Below are positions 1 through 13,254 of a DNA stretch of 64,000 bases, one piece after another. The stretch lies in assembly GCA_951406725.2 (NCBI GenBank), contig OX597839.1:28272001-28336000 (forward strand), given 5' to 3'. The notes under the pieces were generated by a model. The model saw nothing but the letters and a program-made list of their open reading frames with translations, searched no databases and was not told where the DNA came from. Source of the stretch: Octopus vulgaris. Taxonomy: Eukaryota. Position numbers and translations under genes: made by a program. Positions within the stretch are counted from its first letter, which is position 1. Every line of letters begins with the position of its first letter.

Positions 1-780
1 CGACTATCGATGAGGTGGCCAGTTCTCTGCAAATTAGCCATGGTTCTGCATACGAAATAATCCACGACAAGCTTCGATTCTGTAAAATCTGTGCAAGATG
101 GGTGCCAAGAGAGCTTACTGAAGCGCATAAGAGAATATATTGTGTTGAGATGTCAACGCTTATTCGACCACTGGGAAGCACTCCGTCGGTTACGACGATG
201 AGGGTTCCGGTTGATCCGAATCAACGGAACAGCCTGCTCGTGAAATTAACGTGTAAGTGGCTGAGCACTCCACAGACACGTGTACCCTTAACGTAGTTCT
301 CGGGGATATTCAGCGTGACACAGAAAGTGACAAGGCCGGCCCTTTGAAATACAGGTACAACAGAAACAGGAAGTAAGAGTGAGAGAAAGTTGTGGTGAAA
401 GAGTACAGCAGGGATCACCATCATCCCTGCCGGAGCCTCGTGGAGCTTTAGGTGTTTTCGCTCAATAAACATTCACAACGCCCGGTCTGGGAATCGAAAC
501 CGCGATCCTATGACCGCGAATCCGCTGCCCTAACCACTGGGCCATTGCACCTCCATTCGACCACTACAACGATGAAGGCGAAGGTTTGTTCTCATTTTGG
601 AGAGAAGAGTCTCAGGAGATGAGACTTGGGTCCATCACTTCGAGCCAGAATCCAAAAGGCAGAGTATGGAGTAGAATCGCTCAGAACGGCCAACTAGAAA
701 GATATTCAAGACTCAACCTTGCGCAGAACCAGTCATGCTAACTGGTTTTGGGGACACAAAACGGCCCATGCTGGAACATT
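1..780 (+). mobile_element. Decayed mariner transposase fragment, interrupted by a SINE at 173-554
   Basis: Translates as ...SLQISHGSAYEIIHDKLRFCKICARWVPRELT (mariner WVPHEL motif). After the SINE it reads GDETWVHHFEPESKRQSME and then KTQPCAEPVMLTGF. Stops and frameshifts are present. Confidence 0.9.
173..554 (-). mobile_element. tRNA-derived SINE, family A, full length with 11-bp TSD
   Basis: Minus-strand tRNA-like head GGAGGTGCAATGGCCCAGTGGTTAGG...GGTTTCGATTCCC. TSD ATTCGACCACT at 162-172 and 555-565. Near-identical copies at 14079 and 39417. Confidence 0.95.
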
Positions 781-953
781 AATTATGATTTTGTTATCTA
801 ATATATTCCCCTCCTCTCAGATTCACATACTTATTGCAGCGGTCCTTCAGTTTTTCTATGCCCAGTAAAAAAAAAAACCTTGGAAGGCTGAACCTCCAGC
901 CAGGCCCATCGCGATACCCTTAAAGCCAGGAAACTTTCCAGTGCTCCTTCGTG
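781..953 (-). mobile_element. Internally deleted mariner (MITE-like) fragment
   Basis: Minus strand has a TIR-like CACGAAGGAGCACTGGAAAGTTTCC joined to a mariner C-terminus-like GIEKLKDRCNKYVNLRG. A related copy is at 36433-36594. Confidence 0.7.
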
Positions 954-1473
954 TGTGTGTGTGTGTGTGTGTCTGTGTGTGTGTCTTTGTGTGTGTGTCT
1001 GTGTGTCTGTGTGTGTGTGTGTGTACGTGTGTGTGTGTGTGTGTGTATACGTGCGTGTGTGTGTGTACTGTATGCATCTATAATTCCGCATTTTTTTTCT
1101 CAATATCATTTTCTCTTAATTGATTCTCACTGCTCTACTCAGAACAACTACTATTCTCTCTCTCTCTCTCTCTCTCTTCTTCTTCTTCTCTCTCTTCTTC
1201 CCCCCCCTCTCTCGTTTGACTCTTCCCTCTCTCTGAATTCTTTCTCATTGAACTCTATTACTTGTAAAAACCTTCCTTCGTTTACATATTCCAACACACA
1301 CAGACACATACACACACCGCTTTAAACACGAGCGCATCTCCAAAATTAGCCACCCTACTTTCGCGCTCTCTCTTTCTCAAATTGACTGGCGGAAGCTGAA
1401 TGTACAATACCACATTGTTAGAATTCTTCACATGCCAAGAACCTTCCTGCCATTATACAACGGACAACTGTAG

Positions 1474-1540
<67 letters not shown>

Positions 1541-2020
1541 GCACACAAATTCCTTGATACACTGACATATATATCTCACATTTAACCTTATAGATACACA
1601 CACATACAAACACACATATACATATATATAGAGACACACACATAAACATACAATGCTCATATTTATAAATGTGTGTGAGCGTACATCACCGTTTCTACAT
1701 ACCGACACATAAACACATATATAGGTATCTCCATGTACCACAAAAATCAGCTCAGGGGAAACAGCTCAAACACGTCAGCAGCATGAAGAACAATAGACAA
1801 ATACAGGTGCATCAAATACCATACAACACAAAATCTTGATTTGTTAAAATTATCTCGGCCTCTAAAGGATGCAGCATAATTGCCAAATTGCAATTGAGAA
1901 ATTGCCATTTCGAATGAAACAGTACTGACGGTTAACCAATGCTTAGAACTATGTCAATCTGTGTATATCCAAATTCCAATTCACTATTAAACATAATTTG
2001 TGCTTCGATTTCCTATTGGC

Positions 2021-2118
<98 letters not shown>

Positions 2119-2200
2119 GTAATGTACGTATGTATGTGTATATGTATATATATATGTATATATATATATATATATATATAATAATGTACGTATGTATGTG

Positions 2201-2232
<32 letters not shown>

Positions 2233-2249
2233 ATGTACGTATGTATGTG

Positions 2250-2287
<38 letters not shown>

Positions 2288-2302
2288 GTACGTATGTATG
2301 TG

Positions 2303-2341
<39 letters not shown>

Positions 2342-2516
2342 GTATGTATGTGTATATGTATATATATGTGTGTATGTATATGTATATATATTATATGTAT
2401 GTATATGTATGTGCATATGTCTGTATATATATATATATTATATGTATGTATGTAGATGTATGTGTATATGTCTGTGTATATATATATATACATACATATA
2501 TATATATATATATATA
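2021..2516. repeat. (TA)n microsatellite with an embedded minisatellite unit AATGTACGTATGTATGTGTATATG(TA)n
   Basis: The unit is repeated about 5 times between 2120 and 2360. Confidence 0.95.
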
Positions 2517-2819
2517 TGCGCCCCTTTTCAAGCCTAGCCAGGCTCATGGGCCCGGTTTCCTGGTTTCTGTGGCGTATGTGTTCCCCCCTAGCTGGACGGG
2601 ACACCAGTCCATCGCAGCGTTACTCAAGAAACAGGAAGCGAGAGTGAGAGAAAGTTGGGGCGAAAGAGTACAACAGGGGTCTCCACCACCCCCTACCGGA
2701 GCCTCGTGGAGCTTTTAGGTGCTTCCGCTCAATAAGCACACACAACGCCCGGTCTGGGAATAGAAACGGCGATCCTCCGACCGCGAGTCCGCTGCTCTAA
2801 CCACTGGGCCATTGTGCCT

Positions 2820-2821
<2 letters not shown>
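2517..2821 (-). mobile_element. Family-A-headed SINE with an alternative 3' tail
   Basis: Same tRNA head and body as 173-554 over about 2627-2821, with an unrelated 3' part at 2517-2626. Confidence 0.85.
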
Positions 2822-2888
<67 letters not shown>

Positions 2889-3002
2889 ATTTACGGAGTA
2901 TATATCCGAGCGCAGAATAAAACAGATGTATTGCAATCTCGTAGCTTACATACTCTTTCGTGCTTCATTAGCGTATATGCTAGTTTCGTGTGTGTGTGTG
3001 TC

Positions 3003-3364
3003 CATCCATCTTCTCCACCTGCTATTTTTGAGAGGATCGTGGGTTTCAAGTCTTCAGGCACCTCTTCCATAGGGTCCTATCAAAAGCAACTGTCATCACA
3101 CTTTCTGGCTGGATTCCCAAGGGGGGTGAGCAGCTGACATCATGGATATCACCCAACCAACTCCTTCTTGGTCTACCTTTGGTCTTCTACCTGTTGGCTT
3201 GGCTCGAAGAATCCATCTTTTGATTCTTTCCTGCAAACATTCCAATCACATGTTTGTAGTACTGGAGCTGCGACACCTCTCTACCGAGAAGTAACGGTTG
3301 TACCTAGAAAGACTCCCTGATCTCCGAGCTATGTACCCTGTCGAGTAGCGTTACTCCAGGATCC
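3003..3364 (-). mobile_element. RTE-type LINE 3' fragment
   Basis: Minus-strand translation GVTLLDRVHSSEIRESF*VQPLLL...QLQYYKHV...GRPRRSWLGDI resembles the RTE ORF C-terminus (LRWxGHV...GRPxxxW). Confidence 0.8.
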
Positions 3365-3489
3365 TTTCCTTCCTTCCTACATTCCTTCCTTCTCTCTCTC
3401 TCTCTTTCATATACACACGCGCGCGTGGTTACTTACCAAATTGGAAAACTAGCAATTTTATGATAGAAGATGTAAAGTCCATTCGGTGA

Positions 3490-3785
3490 TCCCAAGTATC
3501 AAACGGGTACTGTATTTTATCGGCCCTCGAGGAACAAAGGGTCAAGTTGCCCCTCTCGATGAAATTTGAACTCAGAGCGAATGCCGGAAGAAATGACGCT
3601 AAGCGTTTTATCCAACACGCTAACGATTCTGCCAGCTCTTAATGATAATTTTATTAGTAATAAAAATCCTTTCTACTAAAAGCACAAGGCCTGGAATTTG
3701 GCGGGGTGGGGTCAAGTAGATTACATTGACCGCAGGCAAATATTTTATCGACCCCAAAAGATGAAAGGCAAAGTCAACCTCAACC
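3490..3785 (-). mobile_element. Family C SINE fragments (Meta-domain-like)
   Basis: Reverse complement of GAGCTGGCAGAATCGTTAGC...GAGTTCAAAT and TTGCCTTTCATC...GGGGTCGATAAA. Confidence 0.75.
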
Positions 3786-4033
3786 TTTTGGGGTCGATAG
3801 TAGGGACCTTTTCAGCGGGATGGGATACTCGACCTGAAGAAAATTCTAACTGGGCCCCACCTACAAGATCATGCGTTGTTTGTCTTGATATGGGATCACC
3901 GTGTTGCGCACATATGGTTGTGATGCATGTGCCTGGTGTACCCTTATCAAACGGGTGGTCATGATGGGTCTATTGGGCTTCGTATATTTGTACCCTAGTA
4001 TCACTTTGATGGCATGCATTGCTCTCTTACCCG

Positions 4034-4076
<43 letters not shown>

Positions 4077-4105
4077 TAATAATGATAATAATAATAATAA
4101 TAATG

Positions 4106-4141
<36 letters not shown>

Positions 4142-4353
4142 TTTATACTTTTTTGTTTGTTTTATATTGAAATTAGATAACCATAACATGGTTGACTATA
4201 AGTTTATATCGGACTAAAAGGAAGTAGCTGCAACTCGGTGTCGAACAAATATTGCTAGGGGATTTTGCTCGTACATCATCAGTTTTTCGGTCTTCTTGCT
4301 CGTGTTTACCAATTTCATCGACCAACCTACACACACACGTTCGTTCGTTAATG

Positions 4354-4390
<37 letters not shown>

Positions 4391-4717
4391 ACACGAACAT
4401 ATGGCAGTCATTGAAAAAAGTCACCATCCCCCTCATTTCACTCTTTCACCCAACACAAGACTTTTGTTGATCTGAGGCTCGGATAGAAGCCATATACCCG
4501 GGGTGCCTGCCGAACACGGCTGTACGTTTCCTGATCGAACTTCTGACCAGGCAGCCATGCCTAACCTATTATTGAGCTTAATGAGAGAGATCCCAGCTGG
4601 AAATGGAGAAATCCCAAAGGAGATAATAACAGCCAACTGCGCTTAATTCCATTCCATTATTTATATATTGTTCTGCTTAACATAGTTATATACCTGCCGC
4701 CATACATTGTACTAAAG

Positions 4718-4753
<36 letters not shown>

Positions 4754-4863
4754 CTTGGATATATATCAAGCATAGATCGATATACACATCTGTGCTGAGT
4801 GTGAGCATTAACAATGACAATCCTATGTACACACACACACAACACACACATTTTATATTTATA

Positions 4864-5260
4864 CTAGCAGTATCGCCCGGCGTTGCTCGGGTTTGTAAGG
4901 GAAATAACAATATAAGCATTTTTAGAGAGTTATAGCCAAAAAAATAGCAAAAACATGCATTAAAATGGAAAAAAGATTATGGTAATTTTTTTTAAAAACC
5001 GTTGACTCATCGTAGACATTTTTAGAGAGTTACTTCCCTTATATAATAGCGAAAAAATGCATTAAAATGGAAAAAAATGATGGTAAATTATTTAAAAAAT
5101 CGTAGACTCATCGTAGACGCGCGCTAATACCCAGAAGGGCTCGATATGAATCACGACTATAAGATACCCGGTTTTGGTTAAACTGCACCGCAAAATGTGG
5201 GAGTAGTTAGGAATCTAAATCGTAGGAGACAGACACTCACACAACTTCACTTTTATATAT
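4864..5260 (-). mobile_element. Non-autonomous Helitron-like element
   Basis: Minus-strand 3' end has the hairpin CCCGAGCAACGCCGGG (4876-4891) followed by CTAG|T (4864-4867). It carries an internal ~100-bp tandem duplication, and its 5' end runs into (TA)n. Confidence 0.75.
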
Positions 5261-5524
5261 ATATATATATATATATTATATATGAGAGCGCTAATTTATA
5301 TTTTATAAGCATTACAAAATAATCTTTTAATGCTAAAATGTTAAAATACCATAGTAAAAAAAAATGTGAAAACCGTGCCAGGTTTTAAGATCATTCAACT
5401 GATATATTATTCTATACACATTCACACCAATTCGAAACTATTTATTTATATATATATTAATAAATAAAATAAAACATATGCATATATATAAACATATATG
5501 TACGTACCTACCTCTACATGTACA

Positions 5525-5720
5525 TATACACGCATATATGAGTACAGGACACCAAAGGGACGTCGAACACAAAGAGAAACGAAAACATAGACACAAACCA
5601 AAGGAACTGGACATTTTTTTAAAAACAACAAAAATGGAGTACAGGACAATTAACACAAAGAAAAAAACCCTTCTTCAGTCGCTAAGGTTTCATCTACTCT
5701 ACGTTTCGAAGGATAAAAGC

Positions 5721-5722
<2 letters not shown>
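5525..5722 (-). mobile_element. Penelope-like 3' end remnant with partial hammerhead motifs
   Basis: Minus strand reads CGAAACGTAGAGTAG...CTGAAGAAGGG followed by a T-rich tail. Related to 14490-14680 and 35065-35236. Flanked by (TA)n. Confidence 0.5.
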
Positions 5723-5773
<51 letters not shown>

Positions 5774-6101
5774 AAAGAAAGCGGGGAAGAGAGATAAATA
5801 GTTCTGCTAGTGATTACAGATAATTTGAAGTTTCATCTCTAAAAAACAGAAATTTAAAAATCAATGGATATATTTTTTTAATGAAACTTAGAATCAGTCA
5901 TTTCAATCAATTACATGATTAAGATAATTTATGTAATTCATAGAACGGTTTGAGAATGTTGAGATCATTACAGACATGAAAGGAAGGTAAAAAGATAAAA
6001 TAGATTATCATTATTATTATTATTAGTTAGACCATGAAATGTGTCGTTTTTATTAATATACAGTTAGTAGTCTGATATCGTTCATGATAATAGCTGTGTG
6101 A

Positions 6102-6773
<672 letters not shown>

Positions 6774-6905
6774 GTTTATCAGTTCGTTTTGCAAGATTCC
6801 TCATGTGAAATCGTGCGTTGAAACAGATATTGTTGTATTTCGTGATGGTCATTTAGAAGAACAGAATGGGGTAAGTGGAGCGAGAGAACACACGAAAACG
6901 AAAAG

Positions 6906-6950
6906 TGTCGCTGAAGAGGTCACAGATGTGTGACGAAAGATTTCCGGACA
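6906..6950 (+). ncRNA. Type I hammerhead ribozyme motif
   Basis: UGUCG-CUGAAGA-G-GUCACA/gaug/UGUGAC-GAAA-GAU-UUC-CGGACA. The core is intact, stem II has 6 bp, stem III is minimal, and predicted cleavage is after C6944. Confidence 0.75.
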
Positions 6951-7572
6951 ATGGACATAAGTTAAAATAATAAAATAAGAACAGTAATAAACGAGTGAAG
7001 AAATACATAGTGCGTGTGTTTATTTGGCAAAAATAAATAAACAAGTAAATAAATGAAAAAAATGACCATCCAGCTTGAACGGTGGTTCCTTTTATTGCTC
7101 AACCAATAAAAAGAAAACTCTACCTTCCAAGCGGAACGCGCCCAAATATTTCACCCATTGCAGGCATCTGATTGATTAGGCTCCTGCGTACGCACCCAGG
7201 GAAACGCTGAGTAATATCCCTGTCTTTAACTATATGTAAAGACACCGGGCTTCAGGCAGCTGGCGAAGAAACTTCAAGTCTTGTATGCGAGTCTCCGCAA
7301 CTGTTTCATTCAATAAATATTGTCTTCTATTTCCAACAGTATTGATCTGTGCCTCTTTTGGCGTCACACGCGTCATATATATATAACGGGAGCAGAATTA
7401 ACACCAAAATGCAAACTTTGCGTCCAGCTTAACGTGGATGTTTTGTTAGAATACTGAAAACTGCGTTATCTATCTTGAGAGAACCTCTAATATGGACTCA
7501 TGGTGCTTGTCTGTGGATGGAGAGGGTGTAAGCTGTCTAAGAATCCATAAGTAAAGAAAAATGCATTCGTAT

Positions 7573-7800
7573 CATTGGGGTTCAACGAGTGTGAGGTAAC
7601 AGTCCGATTATGTAACCCTGCGCTCTTCAGAGGTAGTGGTTATGGAATGAAATATGGCGACAGATCTCTCGCCGTATTTCATTCCATAACGGCTACCTCT
7701 GAAGAGCACTGGGTTACATAATCGGACTGTTACCTAACTCTCCGTTGAACCCCAATGCGAAACCGATTGGTAAGCTCGGCTGTAATGGATATATAATAAT
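7573..7800 (+). mobile_element. Fold-back (inverted repeat) Penelope-like remnant carrying a hammerhead
   Basis: About 90-bp imperfect inverted arms at 7573-7660 and 7669-7757, centred on AGATCT. The right arm extends further. Confidence 0.75.
7690..7782 (+). ncRNA. Type I hammerhead ribozyme motif
   Basis: CUGAAGA at 7699-7705, stem II GCAcUGGG.../...CCCaaUGC, GAAAC at 7759-7763, stem III ACC-gauu-GGU, GUA at 7770-7772. Stem I is CU/AG plus CGGCU/GGCUG. Confidence 0.8.
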
Positions 7801-8082
7801 GTATACTTCGATTGTGTGTTGTGTTCTTGAGCAAGACACTTTATATATACATACACATATACACACACATATATTAACATACACACACACGTATACACAC
7901 ACACATATACATACACATATACACACACATATATTAACATACACACACACACATACACACACACACACATACATACATACATACAGAGTGGAGAGATGGT
8001 GACGCACAAAGTTCAGTATGCTTTGGAATTGTCAAAGACATGAATCGATTTTTCTAAAATTGAATAAAATAGATAAAATAAT

Positions 8083-8382
8083 GACGATGAGGGTTCCAGT
8101 TGATCCGATCAACGGAACAGCCTGCTCGTGAAATTTGACGTGGCTGAGCACTCCACAGACACGCGTGCCCTTAACGTAGTTCTCGGGTGAGATTCAGCGT
8201 GACCACAGACTGTGACAAGGTTGACCCTTTGAAGTCACAGGTACAACAGAAACAGGAAGAAAAAGTGAGAGAAAGTTGTGGTGAAAGAGTAGAGCAGGGT
8301 TCGCCACCACCCGCGGCCGGAGCTTCGTGTTTTCGCTCAATAAACACTCATAATGCCCTAACCACAGGGCCATTGCGCCTCC
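8083..8382 (-). mobile_element. Family A SINE with internal deletions
   Basis: Aligns to 173-554. Confidence 0.9.
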
Positions 8383-8477
8383 ACATACACACACACTTGT
8401 ACATGAACAAAATGAATATTAATAATAATAATAACAATAATAATAATAATAATAATAATGATAATAATAATAATAAT

Positions 8478-8875
8478 AGGCGCAGGAGTGGCTGTGTGGT
8501 AAGTAGCTTGCTAACCAACCACATGGTTCCGGGTTCAATCCCACTGCGTGGCATCTTGGGCAAATGTCTTCTGCTATAGCCCCGGGCCGACCAAAGCCTT
8601 GTGAGTGGATTTCGTAGACGGAAACTGAAAGAAGCCTGTCGTATATATGTATGTATATATATATGTATGTGTGTGTGTTTGTTCCCCTAGCATTGCTTGA
8701 CAACCGATGCTGGTGTGTTTACGTCCCCGTTACTTAGCGGTTCGGCAAAAAGAGACCGATAGAATAAGTACTGGGCTTACAAAAAGAATAAGTCCCGGGG
8801 TCGAGTTGCTCGACTAAAGGCGGTGCTCCAGCATGGCCGCAGTCAAATGACTGAAACAAGTAAAAGAGTAAAAGT
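8478..8875 (+). mobile_element. Family B SINE, full length
   Basis: Complete head, body and tail, inserted in (AAT)n. Confidence 0.95.
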
Positions 8876-8889
8876 ATAATAATAATAAT

Positions 8890-9292
8890 AATTTATTCTT
8901 TTATTGGCCACAAGGGCTCACATACAAAACATTAAAAGACCTGGAACATAAAAGACAAAAACAGGACGCTACAATGGGTTTTCGCGTGTATACAATGTAT
9001 TAACAAAAAAGTGGAACAAACCGAACTCCCAATTGGGGAGGCGCTTTAAGGTCCTCGTGGAAAACCACACAAAAGCCACGGGTGCCTGTTCACAACAGGA
9101 CAAGAGCCCTTCTTTTGTTTACAGGTGTATGCTCAGAATTGGTCCTTTCACACTAGCCATTCTTAAACTTGCTACAAGACAGCACTTCCCTCTCCACCCT
9201 CAGCTTCCTTTCCAAGTGAAACTTGAAAAGTTGACGAGGGCTTGGCCAAAGAAGAAAGTGCCAGTCTTTAGCCCTTTCAAACGGGTTCGATC
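8890..9292 (-). mobile_element. L1/Tx1-like LINE 3' fragment
   Basis: Minus-strand translation RTRLKGLKTGTFFFGQALVNF/FKFHLERKLRVEREVLS with a frameshift, followed by a 3' UTR and a simple-repeat tail. The clade assignment is from recognition. Confidence 0.55.
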
Positions 9293-9359
9293 ATAATATC
9301 TCTTTAATAATAATGCAATATAAATAAAATGTTGAATGTTTTGGTGCGTAACTTTTGGC

Positions 9360-9634
9360 CCACCACACATGGAGGAAGCAGGTTAAGAAGGGGTCGACAG
9401 TTTTGAGAGAGCACCACTTCTTCATGAAGAATTTAAGCAGTGCTGCTCAGAAAAGCACACTGCTGGGGTAGTGAATGGGGAAAGCTGGGTTTGTAATGTT
9501 TGCAGTCATGTAGGCTTATCAAGAGCATGGCTAATTAGCCACCAACCGAGCTGCAAGTGCAAAATATAAGTTAGTCCTAGAGCACACAAGGTTCCTAAAG
9601 GTCAGCAATGGTCTTCCTTGGTCAAGTGTAGACG

Positions 9635-9641
<7 letters not shown>
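9360..9641 (+). mobile_element. RTE-type LINE 3' fragment
   Basis: GVDSFERAPLLHEEFK...WVCNVCSHVGLSRAWLISHQPSC resembles the terminal C2H2-like finger of RTE ORFs. A short 3' UTR ends at (TA)n. Confidence 0.7.
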
Positions 9642-9695
<54 letters not shown>

Positions 9696-9726
9696 TCTGT
9701 GAGTGTGTGTATGTGTATATATATAT

Positions 9727-9924
9727 ACTTTTGTTTCAGTTATTTGACTGCGGCCATGATGGAACACCGCCTTCAGTCGAACAAATTGACCCCCAAGATT
9801 TATTCTTTGTAAGCTTAGTACTAATTCAATCGGTCTCCTTTGCCGAACCGCTAAGTTATGGGGATGTAAACACACCAGCATCGGTTATCAAGCGATGGTG
9901 GGTGAGACAAACACAGAAACAAAT

Positions 9925-9968
<44 letters not shown>

Positions 9969-10126
9969 CGAAGGGCTTCCTTCAGTCTCTGTCTACCAAA
10001 TCAACACACAATATTTTGGTCGGCTTGAGGCTATAATAGAAGACACTTGGACAAGGTAGCATGCAGTGAGACTGAACCCGAAACCAGGTGGTTGGGAAGC
10101 AAGCTACTTACCACACAGCCACGCCT
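9727..10126 (-). mobile_element. Family B SINE
   Basis: Reverse complement of the family B consensus. Confidence 0.95.
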
Positions 10127-10857
10127 GTGTGTTATTTCACACAAACACACAAACACAAACACACAGGTCTTACAAAAAGGTGGCATGTTTGATTATCACC
10201 GATTATGACTAAAAGCTTAGAAAGCAACAGATTATTTGCAGATAAGCCAAGGGCCAGCATAGTAACCCTGTATTACATACATATACACAAGTACCATAAA
10301 CATACATTTCGTATGCACACACACATATATATATACATAGACAGATACACACATTCATGTATATAGACATACATATATGTATATACATAGATACGTACGC
10401 ACATACATACACATTGCTCTATTCCGTTCATCTCCCTTCAAATTCCTTATGTATCCCTATGATCCTCTCTCTCTCTCTTTACCCCTCTTTATACTCCCCC
10501 TTCACACAGCCTCTATACCTTCCTCCACAACTACCACCACCTTCCACATTACTATTATTATTATGATTATTATTATTATCATTATTATTATTATAAAATA
10601 ACAAAACCAGAAAACGGAAGTTATTCAATGAATTTAAACAGGAAGAAGAAAACCAAACAAAAAAACCTCCCCAAAAAACCCGGTAATCTTCAGGTTAGCA
10701 GCGAACATCCTCGCAGAGTTGCAGAGTGGAATGGCTGACTGGCAACAGAGAAAATAGTAGTTCTTGGGAAATGACATGCCAGGGAAGAAATACGTCAGTC
10801 ACGGATCGATCAGCGCTTTTAAACTAGGCGGAATAAAAATAGTGGTTGTAGTAGAAC

Positions 10858-10888
<31 letters not shown>

Positions 10889-11224
10889 CATACATGTATT
10901 ATGTACATGTGTGTATGTATGTATGCATGTATGTAGTCGTATATGCATGTAGGTTTGATTGTAGGTCTGATGGTGTGTCGGCGTGTGTCACGTGAAAGAC
11001 GGTAGACTATAGAACAGCCATTTATAGAGCCCTGCTGTTTTCGTGATGCAGACATTTTGCTTATCTCTTATTCATCGAATTTATCTTGGGTAATATGGTG
11101 GAAAGGATGTGTGTGTGTGTGTGTGTGTGTGTACTCATATAAAGAGAAAGTTAGATACATGCTTACATGAATCCACATACATACATACATACATACAGAC
11201 AAGCATGTATACATGTATATGCGT

Positions 11225-11259
<35 letters not shown>

Positions 11260-11370
11260 GTTTGCACATATGTAAATATGTGTGTATACACACACACATA
11301 CACGTAGACAGACTACATACATATAAGTAAACAAACACACACATAAGCATACATACTGTATGTGCATGTA

Positions 11371-11410
<40 letters not shown>

Positions 11411-11802
11411 AGCGCACGCGTACATTAATACATACACACATAAACACACGCATATACAAATATATGCATACATACATACACTCGTACGTACATAAACACA
11501 CGCATGAACAGACACACATGCGTACACACAACACATTAAACATGTACGACAATCCAAGTGTACTAAAAATGTTACAACTGCCAACACCGGCGCCATCACC
11601 GCCACCGCCACACCACTACAGATAACCCCCACCCCCTACGCACACACACACACCTACTCCACACACACCCCAAATCCCCACCACCCCTACGTACACCGAC
11701 CAACACACGCAGATCACAATCGAACCGCCGCACACTCCACTCAGCCATACATCAACATTCTCCATTACACACTTGCAGAGGCAGAAAGAGAGACCCGGCG
11801 TC

Positions 11803-11814
11803 TGCGCATGCGCA
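11803..11814. promoter_or_regulatory. NRF1-type palindrome TGCGCATGCGCA
   Basis: Perfect 12-bp match in locally GC-rich non-repeat DNA. An E2F-like TTTGGCGC lies at about 11945. Confidence 0.35.
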
Positions 11815-12066
11815 CCAGGCCGTCATTATATTTATTTATTTATTTATTTATTAACTGTTAATATGAAGTAATGTACTTATTAATTATTATTATTATTATT
11901 ATTATTTATTATTTTATTTATTTATTTGTTTTTGGAGGGGCTTTTTTGGCGCGGCCTTCCCTAATGGAATTATCAGACCACAACAGAATTATCTGAAAGA
12001 TAATAGAATTTAGATATGGCTGTCATGCTTGCCCAACAATTCAACAGCAATATTTTTGCAGTATTG

Positions 12067-12099
<33 letters not shown>

Positions 12100-12259
12100 A
12101 GAGACAGACAGGCAGACACACAGACAGAGAGTGACAGAGACAGACGGACAGAAAACGTTTGCTGAACATGATTGTCACTCAGTTCATCTAATTCACAATC
12201 ATTACATAAATAATTTCTTATCTGTCTTCTACAACATATCTACCTCTCCACCATATGTG

Positions 12260-12290
<31 letters not shown>

Positions 12291-12547
12291 GACACACACA
12301 GGCACAGACGCAAGCACACACACGCACACAAACACACACTCACACAAGTACACACACACACACGCACACATACAGAGGCAAACACACACACACACAGAGG
12401 CAAGCACACACATGCACACACAAATACACAGAAGCAAGCACACACACACAGAGGCAAGAATACACGCGTGCACACACACAAACACACAGAAGCAAGCACA
12501 CACGTGCACTCACTTACACACACACACACAAGCACACACATACATGC

Positions 12548-12696
12548 AGGCGTGGTTCCTGGTTCAGTCCTTCTGCGTGGTACCTTAGGCAAGTGTCTTC
12601 TAGCACAGACCCTGGCCAACCAAACCCCTGAGAGTAAATTTGGTAGACGGAAACTAAAAGAAGCCTGTTGTATGTATGCATATATACATACATATA

Positions 12697-12753
<57 letters not shown>

Positions 12754-12910
12754 AGTGTTGATTGGGTACCTGTTCGTAACTTAGCGGTTCGATTAGAGAA
12801 TCGAATAGAATTAGTACCAGGCCTTAAGAAACAAAGTACTGGAGTCGCTTCGTTCGATTAAAACCCGTCAGGCCGGTGCCCCAGCTCGGCCGCAGTTCAA
12901 TAACTGAAAC
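12548..12910 (+). mobile_element. Family B SINE (diverged)
   Basis: Head, (GA)n centre and tail are recognisable. Confidence 0.85.
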
Positions 12911-13254
12911 TGTGTGCGTGCATATATAAGGTGCTAGGCCTGGTGATTAAGTCGGTGCACACACGATCGAAAGATCGTGGTTTCGATTCCCAGACCGGCG
13001 GTGCGTTGTGTTCTCGAGCACAGCATGGCATTTTGGACAAGTGTCTTCTACCACCATAGCCCTGGGAAGAGAGCCTTGTGAGGGGATTCGGTAGATGGAA
13101 GCTATACGGAAGCTTGTCGGGTGTGTGCGTGTGTGGTTAGGTCCCCATCACTGCCTGACAACCGGCCTTAGTTACGTTCCCGCAACTTAGCACTACAGCA
13201 AAAGAGAACGACAGAATAATATACCAAACTTTAGAAAGTGAGAACTGAGACATT

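Noticed and set aside
480-554. tRNA-like sequences at SINE heads
   Set aside because: They lack proper acceptor stems and are attached to repeated SINE bodies, so they are not tRNA genes.
1939-2718. YI/CV/HT-repeat ORFs here and throughout the window
   Set aside because: They are translations of (TA)n, (CA)n and (TATG)n microsatellites.
3431-3475. Minus-strand GTAAGT donor with a possible 12-nt microexon
   Set aside because: The acceptor is weak and lies next to SINE debris.
4225-4292. Minus-strand CUGAUGA followed by a hairpin
   Set aside because: No GAAA or convincing stem I/III follows, so it cannot be called a hammerhead.
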